The notes below the pieces were generated by a model that ran no database searches, was not told the origin of the DNA, and worked only from the letters and a program-made list of their open reading frames with translations. From contig OY969585.1 of NCBI GenBank assembly GCA_963701295.1, positions 960,827 to 1,024,826 on the forward strand: DNA of 64,000 bases, written 5' to 3'. A program made the position numbers and the translations under genes. This stretch comes from Ignavibacteriota bacterium (GTDB lineage Bacteria; Bacteroidota; Ignavibacteria; UBA10030). This document shows positions 36,178 through 46,150 of the stretch, piece by piece (position 1 is the stretch's first letter; every line of letters starts with the position of its first letter).

Positions 36178-36978
36178 TTAAATATTCTCTCCTCTTCGTA
36201 TCGTCCAGAAATCATCCGAAAGGTTCCGGTTGGCTACATAATCGTACGGAATTGTGAAATATCCTTTTTGCCCCCAACCGATTCCCCATGAGTTGCGGAC
36301 GATGAATCGCCGTTGTACTTCGTCATAGCCTACGGCGAGTACTGCATGTCCGCCGATAGAGCGTTCGTTCGGCTGCGGCATCTGCACAAGGCCGGTCTTC
36401 GCGACTTCCTGTGACTCGAAACTTTCGTACACCGTAAAACCGAAGACAAACGGAAATCCTTCAGCAAGACATCTCCGCATCTCGTCAAGGGTAAGAATGC
36501 GATGGTACGAAGTAATTTGGTGGTTTAGCGCTTCTTTGTAACAAATGGGACCCGGTTTCACGGCAAACTTTGAAATGATATAGGGCCATTTTTTTTCTGA
36601 GCAGACTCCTTGATGCCTCAACGTTTTGATTCCGTCGCGAATCATTGCCCCTGAATCCGATTTGACGGAACCTTCGAGAGTGCGTTCATTGTAATAAATG
36701 AACAGCCGGCTCACATCCACAAAGGGGACGCGATCCTTTTGCTCAAGAAATTCCAATGCTCCGGCAAGAGCATTGCCGGTACAGCTTCCGAGATTTCCCT
36801 GGTTCTCCACAGGTGAGCACATGGAACGCAAATCCACATGCTGTGGAATTTCCAGCGTTACAGGGCGTACTGCACCGTAGAGAAGATCACGGTGATCAGG
36901 TAAATCCGGTATCCAGCCGTAGCGGAGCTTTTGTGAAGAACCGGTTCTAATGCGAGAAACAGTTTTACGCTTTGCCAT
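36178..36978 (-). CDS. papain-like cysteine peptidase (C1 family) without a signal peptide
   Basis: Catalytic Cys region QGNLGSCTGNALAGA. His GGHAVLAVGYD. Asn NSWGIGWGQKGY. AAGGAGG Shine-Dalgarno upstream. Confidence 0.7.
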   Translation of the reverse strand: MAKRKTVSRIRTGSSQKLRYGWIPDLPDHRDLLYGAVRPVTLEIPQHVDLRSMCSPVENQGNLGSCTGNALAGALEFLEQKDRVPFVDVSRLFIYYNERTLEGSVKSDSGAMIRDGIKTLRHQGVCSEKKWPYIISKFAVKPGPICYKEALNHQITSYHRILTLDEMRRCLAEGFPFVFGFTVYESFESQEVAKTGLVQMPQPNERSIGGHAVLAVGYDEVQRRFIVRNSWGIGWGQKGYFTIPYDYVANRNLSDDFWTIRRGENI

Positions 36979-37160
36979 AGGATCCTCCTTGTTAAAATGT
37001 TGTGTGAAAGGCGCAGAATTATTTAGCTGATATTACGCAAAATAGAATTTTTCTGATAACCGCTTTATTGTCTTTGGGGTCGGCGCCTGAAGAAAAGATA
37101 CTCAAAATTATATTAAAATATAATGGTATCAATAATGAAAAACGAGGTCGGCAGCCATTA

Positions 37161-38297
37161 CTACTCTTTCTTAAACAGGAATATATATTCGTGCTTAAAA
37201 ATATAGAAGCCGCCAACTAATGCACGATATCGCCAGAGTTCTTTCTGATTTCTTTTTCCTTTTGTCTCATCGAAATTCTTAATGATAATGGACTTGAGAG
37301 AATATCCGCGCTTGAGAACTTCTTGCATCGTATAGAAGCCAAGAGGTATCCAATTTTCATCGGAATATTTGTCGCCAATAACTACTGCGAAGTAACGGCC
37401 TTTGTCCAAAACCGGATATGTTGCGTCGACAACTTTTCCAAAAAGATTTAAGAATTCATCCAATGTTTTTGTGTTTGATAAATCTTTTTTGTCTTCGCTA
37501 AATTTGATAATATCCCAGTACGGCGGGTGCATGATCAGAAATTGGACACTTTTAATGTTCCGCTGCTTTAATTCCGATTTAAAATCTAAGCTTGAACTAT
37601 CGCCGACTATTATTTCCGTTCGAGCGGAGAACAAATCATCTTCCTGTTCTATTGCCTGTGCAGCAGAGTGCGCAACTTTCCGCAAAAGTTCTACTCCAAC
37701 ACCATTTCTTCCCAAGCGTTTGCTTTCTATCAATGTTGTTCCACTGCCGAGAAATGCATCGAGGACCCACTCATCCTTTTTCGTATAACGCCTTAACAAT
37801 TGATGAGGAATCTGGGGAATAAAGTTACCCCAATAACCGCTCCTGTGTGCCCCGGAGGTATCACGTTTATCCAAAACCCAAAGACTGTCGGTAAGAATAT
37901 CGTCGTATTCTTTCCATCGATGTAAATTCAGGTCATTGATCTTGCTTGTCTTTGACTCGGAGAGCGCGCGAACCAATCGCTGAATATAATATTTTGTTCG
38001 TTCGATTGTTTTGGTGTCAAGTATTTGATCAAGTTCACCGATGAGATACTTTGAGCCGACCTTTATTGTGTTTCCATTGGAACCGATGCCAATAAATCCC
38101 TTTTTATCGCTCGGTAGGTTTGCAGCATTTGTCTTGAAATCCTTGACTGCATCTCGGATTTGATTGAGATTTCGCTGATCAAGCAATTTCGACAAGGTAT
38201 TTATAATTTTCGTTTTGCTTAATATCATTTCATCTTTGTGTTTATGTAATCGCAACGATTGCTTTCCAAAGATAATGCACATCCTCTCTGTTTGCAA
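37161..38297 (-). CDS. DNA N6-adenine/N4-cytosine methyltransferase (PF01555-like signatures, permuted motif order)
   Basis: SAM-binding VLDAFLGSGTT (motif I) near aa 177 precedes LIMHPPYWD (motif IV, D/N/S-PPY type) near aa 258. GC content is visibly lower than in the flanking genes. Confidence 0.65.
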   Translation of the reverse strand: MQTERMCIIFGKQSLRLHKHKDEMILSKTKIINTLSKLLDQRNLNQIRDAVKDFKTNAANLPSDKKGFIGIGSNGNTIKVGSKYLIGELDQILDTKTIERTKYYIQRLVRALSESKTSKINDLNLHRWKEYDDILTDSLWVLDKRDTSGAHRSGYWGNFIPQIPHQLLRRYTKKDEWVLDAFLGSGTTLIESKRLGRNGVGVELLRKVAHSAAQAIEQEDDLFSARTEIIVGDSSSLDFKSELKQRNIKSVQFLIMHPPYWDIIKFSEDKKDLSNTKTLDEFLNLFGKVVDATYPVLDKGRYFAVVIGDKYSDENWIPLGFYTMQEVLKRGYSLKSIIIKNFDETKGKRNQKELWRYRALVGGFYIFKHEYIFLFKKE

Positions 38298-38529
38298 GAG
38301 TGTGTTTAATATTTCTTGATATAATGGATCATTTGATAGGTCGCTTTACCTAAGATGTATCGGACTGGTTAGATAGTAAGGGGAAACAGCAAGTGAATAC
38401 AATAGATATGTAACCACTGTAACACGCCCTAGTCATCCCATCTTTGTCTTTCTGCGAAACTGTCGTACATTGATAATAATAAAACAGAGTATAAGAAGAA
38501 TATCAGATAGAAAAAATGATTTTTCATAT

Positions 38530-39600
38530 ATGAATTTAGACTTACTCGGTTGGAATAATTTCTTTGAAGCACGATTCACTCCGTACTCGGGGAAAGGGCT
38601 ACTGCCTGGCCGTGTATCTATCCAACACAAAGACCGCTATGTATTATTCACAGAACAAGGAGAGGTCAATGGAAAAGTAAGCGGTAAGTTTCGATTCGAA
38701 GTAAAAGGTCTTCATAATTTTCCTGCCGTCGGTGATTGGGTTGTCTATGAAATAGATTCAGGCGACCAATCTGCTGTAATTCATCATGTGCTGGAACGCA
38801 GGAGCAAATTTTCCCGTAAAGTTGCCGGCGATCGTCCCGACGAACAAGTTCTTGCTGCCAATATTGATATCGTATTTCTAGTTATGGGTTTGGATGGCGA
38901 TTATAATCTGCGACGGTTGGAGCGATACTTAACGGTTGTGGATGAAAGCGAAGCGCGATCCGTAATTGTTCTCAATAAATCAGATCTTTGTCCATTTCTT
39001 GAAGATTGCACGCAGGAAGTTTTTTCCATTGCACACGATGTCAATGTTGTTGTGATGAGTGCACTGCGGGCTGAAGATGTTGCTCCCATTCACTCGCTTC
39101 TCGCACCGGGAATAACAGGTGTATTGCTTGGCTCATCAGGTGTCGGTAAGTCTACCATCACAAATCAATTACTCGGCAAGAATCATTCACAAGTGCAAAG
39201 TGTTCGTGAGATCGACAGCCATGGACGCCATACGACACCTTATCGTGAATTGTTGGTTCTTCCCAATGGCGGCATTATCATCGACACACCGGGTTTACGT
39301 GAAATTCAACTTTGGAGCGGCGAAGAAGATGTGCAAGATAGTTTCGATGACATTGAAGAATTAGCAGTACATTGCCGTTTCCGTGATTGCAACCATGAAG
39401 CTGAACCAAACTGTGCAGTGAAACATGCCCTCGAAGACGGCTCACTGGATCCGGGTCGTTATGAAAGTTTCCAAAAGCTGCGGCGCGAAAGTTACTTGCA
39501 ATCAACAAAGTATGATAAAAATTTACAGCAGCAAAAAAAAGACCGGGAGAAAAAGAGTGTAAAGCAAATAAACGATAAATTTCGCAACCGGAATCAATAA
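38530..39600 (+). CDS. rsgA: ribosome small-subunit biogenesis GTPase RsgA (YjeQ)
   Basis: Circularly permuted GTPase: G4 NKSDL precedes G1 GSSGVGKST. Zn-finger HCRFRDCNHEAEPNCAV. The start is probably MNLDLLGW (38530); the track ORF begins at 38470. Confidence 0.85.
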   Translation: MNLDLLGWNNFFEARFTPYSGKGLLPGRVSIQHKDRYVLFTEQGEVNGKVSGKFRFEVKGLHNFPAVGDWVVYEIDSGDQSAVIHHVLERRSKFSRKVAGDRPDEQVLAANIDIVFLVMGLDGDYNLRRLERYLTVVDESEARSVIVLNKSDLCPFLEDCTQEVFSIAHDVNVVVMSALRAEDVAPIHSLLAPGITGVLLGSSGVGKSTITNQLLGKNHSQVQSVREIDSHGRHTTPYRELLVLPNGGIIIDTPGLREIQLWSGEEDVQDSFDDIEELAVHCRFRDCNHEAEPNCAVKHALEDGSLDPGRYESFQKLRRESYLQSTKYDKNLQQQKKDREKKSVKQINDKFRNRNQ

Positions 39601-39607
39601 TAGAACC

Positions 39608-40279
39608 ATGACCGAAACTAAATCGACGCTACTACTTGGAGCAAGCGGTCTTGTTGGTGGACATTGCCTGCGATTTCTTCTGGAGGAATCTTCTTACATG
39701 CGTGTTGTTGTACTCGTGCGTAGGCCTTTATCGATAACGCATCATAAATTGGTCCAGCATGTTGTTAACTTCAGCGAATTGGAGACTCTGGGTGAATGCC
39801 TCAGTGCTGATGATGTATATTGCTGTTTGGGAACAACAATCAAGAATGCAGGAACACAGGAAGCATTCCGAAAGGTAGACTTCGATGATACAGTCAGGAT
39901 TGCCGCACTTGTCCAGCACTGCGGCGTAAATCAGTTTTTAATTGTTACCTCACTGGGGGCTGATCCGCATTCGCGCCTTTTCTACAATCGTGTAAAAGGA
40001 GAAGTGGAAGAAGCAATCCGGAAAATTTCTTTCACAACGATTAATATATTTCGCCCTTCGCTTCTTCTGGGAGAACGTACAGAGCATAGAACAGGAGAAA
40101 AAGCAGGTGCATTTATTATGTCTGGATTGAAATATGTATTAACAGGGCCGTTAAGAAAATACCGCGCAATTCAAGCACGTGACGTTGCAAAAGCGATGGT
40201 GCAAGTTGCTCAGAAGAATCTGAAGGGCGTGAATATTTTTGAATCAAGGCAGATTCAAGAAATTGCAGATTCGCTTTGA
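39608..40279 (+). CDS. NAD(P)H-binding atypical SDR-like oxidoreductase
   Basis: LLLGASGLVGGHCL Rossmann motif. 223 aa. Confidence 0.55.
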   Translation: MTETKSTLLLGASGLVGGHCLRFLLEESSYMRVVVLVRRPLSITHHKLVQHVVNFSELETLGECLSADDVYCCLGTTIKNAGTQEAFRKVDFDDTVRIAALVQHCGVNQFLIVTSLGADPHSRLFYNRVKGEVEEAIRKISFTTINIFRPSLLLGERTEHRTGEKAGAFIMSGLKYVLTGPLRKYRAIQARDVAKAMVQVAQKNLKGVNIFESRQIQEIADSL

Positions 40280-40365
40280 TAAAATTTTGATTCATCGGTA
40301 CAAAATATTATCCCGCTCATCGCTGAATCAAAACGTGATAATAAGAGAACATCCAATATTCTTCT

Positions 40366-42600
40366 CTACACATGTAACCTCAAGCCAGCATACACCATTC
40401 TGCCGGTTACGGGTCCCCATATTAATGATGCATCAAAAAAATGCCCTTGAGGATTTGCACCATCGAGAATTGGATTGGCTTGTCTGAAATCAAATAAATT
40501 CTCAATACCGACATATATATCAAGGCCGTTTATAAATGTCCGCATCACTTGAATGTTCATGGTAAAAAAGCTCGGTGAGAACGCGAGCGCACGCAAACTA
40601 TCCGGATTTAATAAAGTTTCAGGAATTCTTTTCTTTCCGAACCATTGCATCGTCACATCGAATAATGTCTGCGGGTCATCCGGTTGATTGCGTTCCGTTG
40701 CGTAAGATACTGTTGCTAGTGCCCGATGTTGTGCCGTCAGCGGACGTTCGAGCCATACGCCGCCAAGGTTTTGCATCACATCTAAATATCTATAGGCAAT
40801 GCGTACATCCAACCGTTCCGATGGCTGAATGTTCAGCTCCGTTTGCACACTATTAGAATACGAGCCATTCGGAACCGAATAAAAGCGCACTTGATGCGGA
40901 TTGGAGTCAAGATCAGCAAGGACAAGCTGCTCGAAATTGGTTCTGTAAAGATCAATCAACAGTGTTGCTTCGCGATTATCGAAGGTGAAATAATGTGTCA
41001 TATTGAAGCCGTAATTCCATGCAATTTCTTGTTTCAGTCCGTACCCAAAAGAGTTCGTCGGAACAATTGAAACCGCGCGTGAACTGACAAACACCGATGA
41101 GTTCTCTGCAAAAATGTTTGCAGTTCTATATCCTCGTCCCGCGGCTAGCCGCAGTACCCAATCTTCCTGCGGCGTATACCGAATGTGGAGGCGTGGTGTG
41201 ATCATCGTACCATATTCATTATGTTCATCGGTGCGGATCCCGGCAACAAGTGAGAGCCGTTCGTTGGGTGTAAATGTGTATTCAAAGAACGCACCGGGCA
41301 CCCTTTCAATACGGTTGTAAGGAAGATTATCATAGCGTTCATCATATTGATCGAACAAGAAACTTATACCCGTTTGGAACGTCTGCGCTTCGCCGTCCAG
41401 CTCTGCTTGATAAAGAATGTTGAGATATCCCGTCTCTTCATTTCCATCATACACCTGCGTACCAAAGTGTTCCGTATTGCTGCACCTGCTGAGTGACCAT
41501 TGCACACCAAAACTCCGTCCGTGTTCACCTTGAAAAACATATCCGGTTTTGCCATTTAGGCGAAGCAGAGTACTTTTCATTCCATACTCATAAGCAAATA
41601 GAGGCTCTCGATCGTATGTTCCGCCATCTTTACTATCGCTCACATACTGGAGACCCAACTGATTCATCCAACCGTTGGACATGATGAATTTCCAACGCTG
41701 CAGTGCATTAATGGTTGTGAACAACGGCATATCGAGAAAACCATCGCCATTCTCATCCACCGGATGCCGTTGTGAACTAACATGAAGAAGCGTCATCGAC
41801 GATAAATAATCGCTCAGGCGTTCCCGCATATTCAGGTTCGCCTCCATCCGTTGATCTTGATTGCCGTAGAGATTCAGGAAGAATTGTTTCTCGTCTTCCT
41901 TCTCTGGTTTGCGCAGATCTACATCAATCTGTCCGGTGATGGATTCATACCCGTTGGCAACGGAACCAATTCCTTTCGAGACATTGATAGCTTCGATCCA
42001 TGTTCCCGGAATAAATGTCAACCCGACATTGGATGTGAGTCCGCGTATATACGGCATATTCTCCATTGTCATTTGCGTATAGATACCGGAAAGTCCCAGC
42101 ATCTCAATTTGCTTTGTTCCTGTAATCGCATCGGTGAACGAAACATCAATCGAAGGATTGGTCTGAAAACTTTCCGAGAGATTGCAGCACGCAGCTTTAA
42201 AGAGTTCCTTTTCTGTCATCACTGTTTTCTTAAAAGGATTCGCGTAGTCCAAGTATGAAGCTTGCCGCTTGCCAATCACATTTACGTCGCCAACAGTCTG
42301 TGCTTCGGATTTCATGAAAATGCGAATGGAATGCCGATCGGTGATGGTCACCGTATCAGGATGATACCCGAGACAGCGGACTACCAACGTTTTCGATTCT
42401 TTTACAAACGGAATGCTGAAGAAACCGTTTGAATCGGTTGTTTCACCGCGGGAAGTGCCTAGCCAGTACGCAGAGACACCAACCAGTGGATGTTCATTCC
42501 CTTGTTCATCCTTCTCTCCGACATATCCCTTCAACTTATCTTGTGCAGAACCAGCAGAGACCGTCAGAACGAGAAGAATGATTGCTATAAATGCTTTCAT
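40366..42600 (-). CDS. TonB-dependent outer-membrane receptor with an N-terminal carboxypeptidase-regulatory-like domain
   Basis: Signal peptide, plug domain, and a C-terminal beta-barrel ending in ...GLRLHV. 744 aa. Confidence 0.85.
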   Translation of the reverse strand: MKAFIAIILLVLTVSAGSAQDKLKGYVGEKDEQGNEHPLVGVSAYWLGTSRGETTDSNGFFSIPFVKESKTLVVRCLGYHPDTVTITDRHSIRIFMKSEAQTVGDVNVIGKRQASYLDYANPFKKTVMTEKELFKAACCNLSESFQTNPSIDVSFTDAITGTKQIEMLGLSGIYTQMTMENMPYIRGLTSNVGLTFIPGTWIEAINVSKGIGSVANGYESITGQIDVDLRKPEKEDEKQFFLNLYGNQDQRMEANLNMRERLSDYLSSMTLLHVSSQRHPVDENGDGFLDMPLFTTINALQRWKFIMSNGWMNQLGLQYVSDSKDGGTYDREPLFAYEYGMKSTLLRLNGKTGYVFQGEHGRSFGVQWSLSRCSNTEHFGTQVYDGNEETGYLNILYQAELDGEAQTFQTGISFLFDQYDERYDNLPYNRIERVPGAFFEYTFTPNERLSLVAGIRTDEHNEYGTMITPRLHIRYTPQEDWVLRLAAGRGYRTANIFAENSSVFVSSRAVSIVPTNSFGYGLKQEIAWNYGFNMTHYFTFDNREATLLIDLYRTNFEQLVLADLDSNPHQVRFYSVPNGSYSNSVQTELNIQPSERLDVRIAYRYLDVMQNLGGVWLERPLTAQHRALATVSYATERNQPDDPQTLFDVTMQWFGKKRIPETLLNPDSLRALAFSPSFFTMNIQVMRTFINGLDIYVGIENLFDFRQANPILDGANPQGHFFDASLIWGPVTGRMVYAGLRLHV

Positions 42601-42641
42601 TTCTCACCTCTTATCTTTTTTGTATGTTTAATATGATAAGA

Positions 42642-43001
42642 TTAGTGAGACTTACCTGTGTCGCGATACAAACAACAGGAAGGAAGCTCCGCATAGACCG
42701 AATCGGCTGCTTTATATTTCTCGGTATCATGGCCGACAGCGGCAATGCGCTGCTGAAGAGAATCAAGAGTAATCGCCGGGGAGAGATATGCGATTGATAT
42801 CATCTTGGTTTGTTTGTTCCACCGTGCAGATTTCACTTCTTTAATCTTCAAGGATTTTTCAATGCGGCTTTTACAAGAAGCGCAATTGCCAAAGACTTTG
42901 AACTCTGCTTCTTTCACTGTGTCTTGTTGAGCAGAAAGAAACGATGAGAGAGAAATGATAAGCGCAAATAAAACGACTATGATTTTCATGGTTTTCCTCA
43001 A
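42642..43001 (-). CDS. heavy-metal-associated (HMA)-like domain lipoprotein/periplasmic protein with a GNCASC variant motif
   Basis: FKVFGNCASCKSRIEKSL matches the HMA fold pattern, with Asn in place of the usual Met/Thr. Signal peptide present. Confidence 0.5.
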   Translation of the reverse strand: MRKTMKIIVVLFALIISLSSFLSAQQDTVKEAEFKVFGNCASCKSRIEKSLKIKEVKSARWNKQTKMISIAYLSPAITLDSLQQRIAAVGHDTEKYKAADSVYAELPSCCLYRDTGKSH

Positions 43002-43079
43002 CTATAGAATGTGTATGGATAAAGTAAAACTGCAGGATGGCTGAAACCACTCTGCGTTTATTACTGTACCACACAATTC

Positions 43080-43463
43080 TTAAATAAGGAACACGCTATG
43101 AAGAATATAGAGTGGAGGGGAATCAGGCGGAGAGCTTGCCGGAACAACTTCATGCACCACATGAGAAGATAATACTATTTCGGTTGATGTCTCAGCCCAC
43201 AGAGATACTGCGGTTTGCGGAGAAGGTGGTTGGTTCACATGCACGGCAAGTTGTTCATCGTTCAGTTGAATGCTTTTGATTTCTGTCTTGCAGCAATTAT
43301 CGGGAGCTGCTGTACCATCGCAGTCGCATGGATTTTCTTTTGGAACAAACGGCAGCATCTGGACAGAAGTGATTTTTCCGCCGCAGAAATGTGTTGAAAT
43401 AGTCATTCCTACTATAAGAGTAAAATAGAATGCTATAAAGAATATGGAAATTGTCTTTCTCAC
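43080..43463 (-). CDS. HYC_CC_PP family protein
   Basis: HFC, NCC and SPPDSPP motifs in a small protein with an N-terminal TM, upstream of a TonB receptor. Confidence 0.55.
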   Translation of the reverse strand: MRKTISIFFIAFYFTLIVGMTISTHFCGGKITSVQMLPFVPKENPCDCDGTAAPDNCCKTEIKSIQLNDEQLAVHVNQPPSPQTAVSLWAETSTEIVLSSHVVHEVVPASSPPDSPPLYILHSVFLI

Positions 43464-43571
43464 GTTTATAAGATACTATTAATTAAACGGACAAGCTGCC
43501 CGCTGAGTTCCTTTGTTGTCAAACTTGATTGATTTGATGCGGAATGCAAGGAAACGGTTCATTATCTTTTA

Positions 43572-44081
43572 TTAGAATTCGATAATCTCCGGATCTTTGT
43601 CAGACTTTGTGATTTTCCACTCCTGTTCCAGAGGATCAAAATCTGAAATTTTAACTAACGGCATACGCAGATATTTGCCAAAACCTGCTGCAGCAATATC
43701 ACCGTTTGGCAAAAGCAGTTCTCCTGTTCCTTCAAATGTACGGCTGGTTTCGCTGGTAATACGACCTACGACTCTGAGTTCTTCGTTTAATGGTATCTGT
43801 TTTTTAAACCGCGTTGTGAATTCAACCGTAACACCCCATACTTCTTCATTTTTGTTTTTTATCATAATTGCCCGGCCGATTGTTTCATCAAGCACTGCAG
43901 TAGTAACGCCGCCATGCAGTCTGCCGGGATAGCTTTGGTGTTCGTTCGATGGTTTGAATATGCATACAAGTTCGTTGCTCTCTAATTCAAAAAATTCTCC
44001 CTTGAGTCCAAACGAATTTTTTAGACCGCAGAGAAAGCACATTTTACTATTCTGTTGTTTTCCTGTAACACGATATTTCAT
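43572..44081 (-). CDS. PaaI/hotdog-fold thioesterase
   Basis: HGGVTTAVLDETIG motif. Confidence 0.6.
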   Translation of the reverse strand: MKYRVTGKQQNSKMCFLCGLKNSFGLKGEFFELESNELVCIFKPSNEHQSYPGRLHGGVTTAVLDETIGRAIMIKNKNEEVWGVTVEFTTRFKKQIPLNEELRVVGRITSETSRTFEGTGELLLPNGDIAAAGFGKYLRMPLVKISDFDPLEQEWKITKSDKDPEIIEF

Positions 44082-44151
44082 GTATCTAAACCTTTGTAAA
44101 GGAGTTTTGTTGCCTTATTCTGTTGTATTGGTTGGGTATCTGTTTAAAAAT

Positions 44152-44805
44152 TTACTCTTTTGAGAGTTTTGCAATATCGGGATATAATTCTGTCATGCAA
44201 TCGGGGCATAGTCCGTGCGTGAAATCCACATCTACAATGTGGTCTTTGATATAACCTTCAATTTGCTGCCACTGGTTCGTACTGGACCTAATTTTTTTAC
44301 AATTTGTACAAATAGGCAGTAAACCTCCGAGCTCCATTAGTTCATGGATATCTTCTAAGATGAGTAATGTCAGCGACCTATTATCGAATGTGAAGGGCGA
44401 GGTTGTTACAAGAAGAGGTACGTCGGTAACTTTCTCAACGATTTTACGCTGCATAATGGTCTTTTTGCGATAGACTTTTTCGCCGCGGCTCGCCTCGATT
44501 ACTGAATTTCGTACCACACAGGTATTGCAATGAGGACCGTGTCCGCACCCTTCCTGTGTATCCCCGGAATGAATACAATGAAGCGCTTCTCCGCCCCGCT
44601 GTTGGAACACTTCATCGCTCCCAAGCAGGCGAAGTGCAGAAGAATTCCAGAAAAGGATATGCATATCATCGTCCACCACTAATATTGGGAAAGGGATACT
44701 ATTAAACGTGTTTGTCAAAAAATCATTGTCTTCATGTAAATAAAGCGGCATGGAAGTCCTTTCAAACTCTTTATATAAGGTAGCAGGAGTGTGCACGAAA
44801 CGCAA
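44152..44805 (-). CDS. hypothetical PAS-like protein with two Cys clusters (C-terminal zinc-ribbon-like)
   Basis: A PAS-like segment ILVVDDDMHILFWNSSAL. Clusters CIHSGDTQEGCGHGPHCNTC and ICTNCKK...HGLCPDC. Confidence 0.4.
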   Translation of the reverse strand: MRFVHTPATLYKEFERTSMPLYLHEDNDFLTNTFNSIPFPILVVDDDMHILFWNSSALRLLGSDEVFQQRGGEALHCIHSGDTQEGCGHGPHCNTCVVRNSVIEASRGEKVYRKKTIMQRKIVEKVTDVPLLVTTSPFTFDNRSLTLLILEDIHELMELGGLLPICTNCKKIRSSTNQWQQIEGYIKDHIVDVDFTHGLCPDCMTELYPDIAKLSKE

Positions 44806-44881
44806 GTTGGTTTTTGCATCATTTTTTTCTACACTTTGCTATAGATGTTCACCGACCTTTTAATAAGGAGGATGGAAGTTA

Positions 44882-45976
44882 ATGAATACCAATAATCTTA
44901 AATCATTGATCCCTTTTCTTTCATTGTGTATCGCGTTTACCATGGCTCTCCTTAATGCACAAGAGAAGAAAATGAATGAAGATGGAATCTCTAAGCAAAT
45001 CGACGAGAAGTTCGAAGCGCTTGATCACCGTCTCGATCAATTAGCAAAGGCAGTAGATGATGTCATCTGGTACAATAAAGTGGGCGATGTGGCTAACATC
45101 GAAAAGGTTTTTATTGTCGGGCCACCGCCTTGGAAAGTCAAGGATTCTACGGCAAGAGGCGCATTGAATCCGGTAAAATTTTGGGCGTATATCTTCATTC
45201 CGCAGAAACTCAATCGAAGTAAAAAATATCCGCTTCTTGTTCTGCCGCATGGAGGCGTACATGCAGATTTCACAACATATCATACGCACATCATCCGTGA
45301 GCTGATGGCGCAAGGTTATATCGTTGTGGCGCCGGAATACCGCGGCAGTACTGGTTATGGCAAGCAGTTCTACGAACGCATCGATTATGGCGGACGCGAA
45401 GTGGAAGACAATCACGCAGCGCGCGATTGGATGATTGAGAATTATAGGATTGTTGATAAAGATCGCATCGGTGCAATTGGTTGGAGTCATGGCGGACTTA
45501 TTACACTGATGGATATCTTCGAGCATCCGAACGATTACCAAGTAGCGTTTGCCGGTGTGCCGGTGAGCGATCTTGTGATGCGCTTAGGATATTATGACGA
45601 TGATTACCGCAAAGATTTTTCTGCCCAATACCACATCGGCAAAACGGTGAGTGAAGACTCGGCAGAATATCGCAGACGTTCTCCGATTTCAGGAGTGGAA
45701 AAATTGAAAACACCCTTGCTTATTCATACTAACACCATCGACGATGATGTGCATGTGGAAGAGGTCGAACATCTTATTCAGGAACTGAAAGTGGCAGGAA
45801 AGAAATTTGAGTACGAGATTTTCAAAGATGCTCCCGGTGGACACAGTTTCGATCGCATTGACACAAAGCTGGCAAAAGAAACCCGGATGAAAATTTATAC
45901 ATTCCTTGCAAGATATCTTTATCCACCGCATCAGTTCAAATCAGTGCAAGATTTGGAGAAGGCAGGATACAGGTAA
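44882..45976 (+). CDS. S9 family serine peptidase / alpha-beta hydrolase
   Basis: Signal peptide. Nucleophile elbow GWSHGG. Confidence 0.7.
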   Translation: MNTNNLKSLIPFLSLCIAFTMALLNAQEKKMNEDGISKQIDEKFEALDHRLDQLAKAVDDVIWYNKVGDVANIEKVFIVGPPPWKVKDSTARGALNPVKFWAYIFIPQKLNRSKKYPLLVLPHGGVHADFTTYHTHIIRELMAQGYIVVAPEYRGSTGYGKQFYERIDYGGREVEDNHAARDWMIENYRIVDKDRIGAIGWSHGGLITLMDIFEHPNDYQVAFAGVPVSDLVMRLGYYDDDYRKDFSAQYHIGKTVSEDSAEYRRRSPISGVEKLKTPLLIHTNTIDDDVHVEEVEHLIQELKVAGKKFEYEIFKDAPGGHSFDRIDTKLAKETRMKIYTFLARYLYPPHQFKSVQDLEKAGYR

Positions 45977-46101
45977 AGATGGCGTTTGGGCTTGGTAGAA
46001 GATGAAGTCAGCACACCGGCGAACATCCATGATGATAATTATTCATTTACGAATTATCCGGTTTTAAATAAGAAGAAAAAGTTGTACCTTCTTGTAAGTT
46101 C

Positions 46102-46127
46102 AACGCGGGTTCATCCGCGTTTTGTTT
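46102..46127 (+). terminator. intrinsic terminator after the S9 peptidase gene
   Basis: AACGCGG-GTTCAT-CCGCGTT followed by TTGTTT. Confidence 0.4.
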
Positions 46128-46150
46128 ATCATTTAATTAAAGGATAATTC

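Noticed and set aside
37019-37216. A 65-aa ORF between the methyltransferase and peptidase genes
   Set aside because: It overlaps the methyltransferase 3' end, is hydrophobic and low-complexity, and has no Shine-Dalgarno. It is likely spurious.
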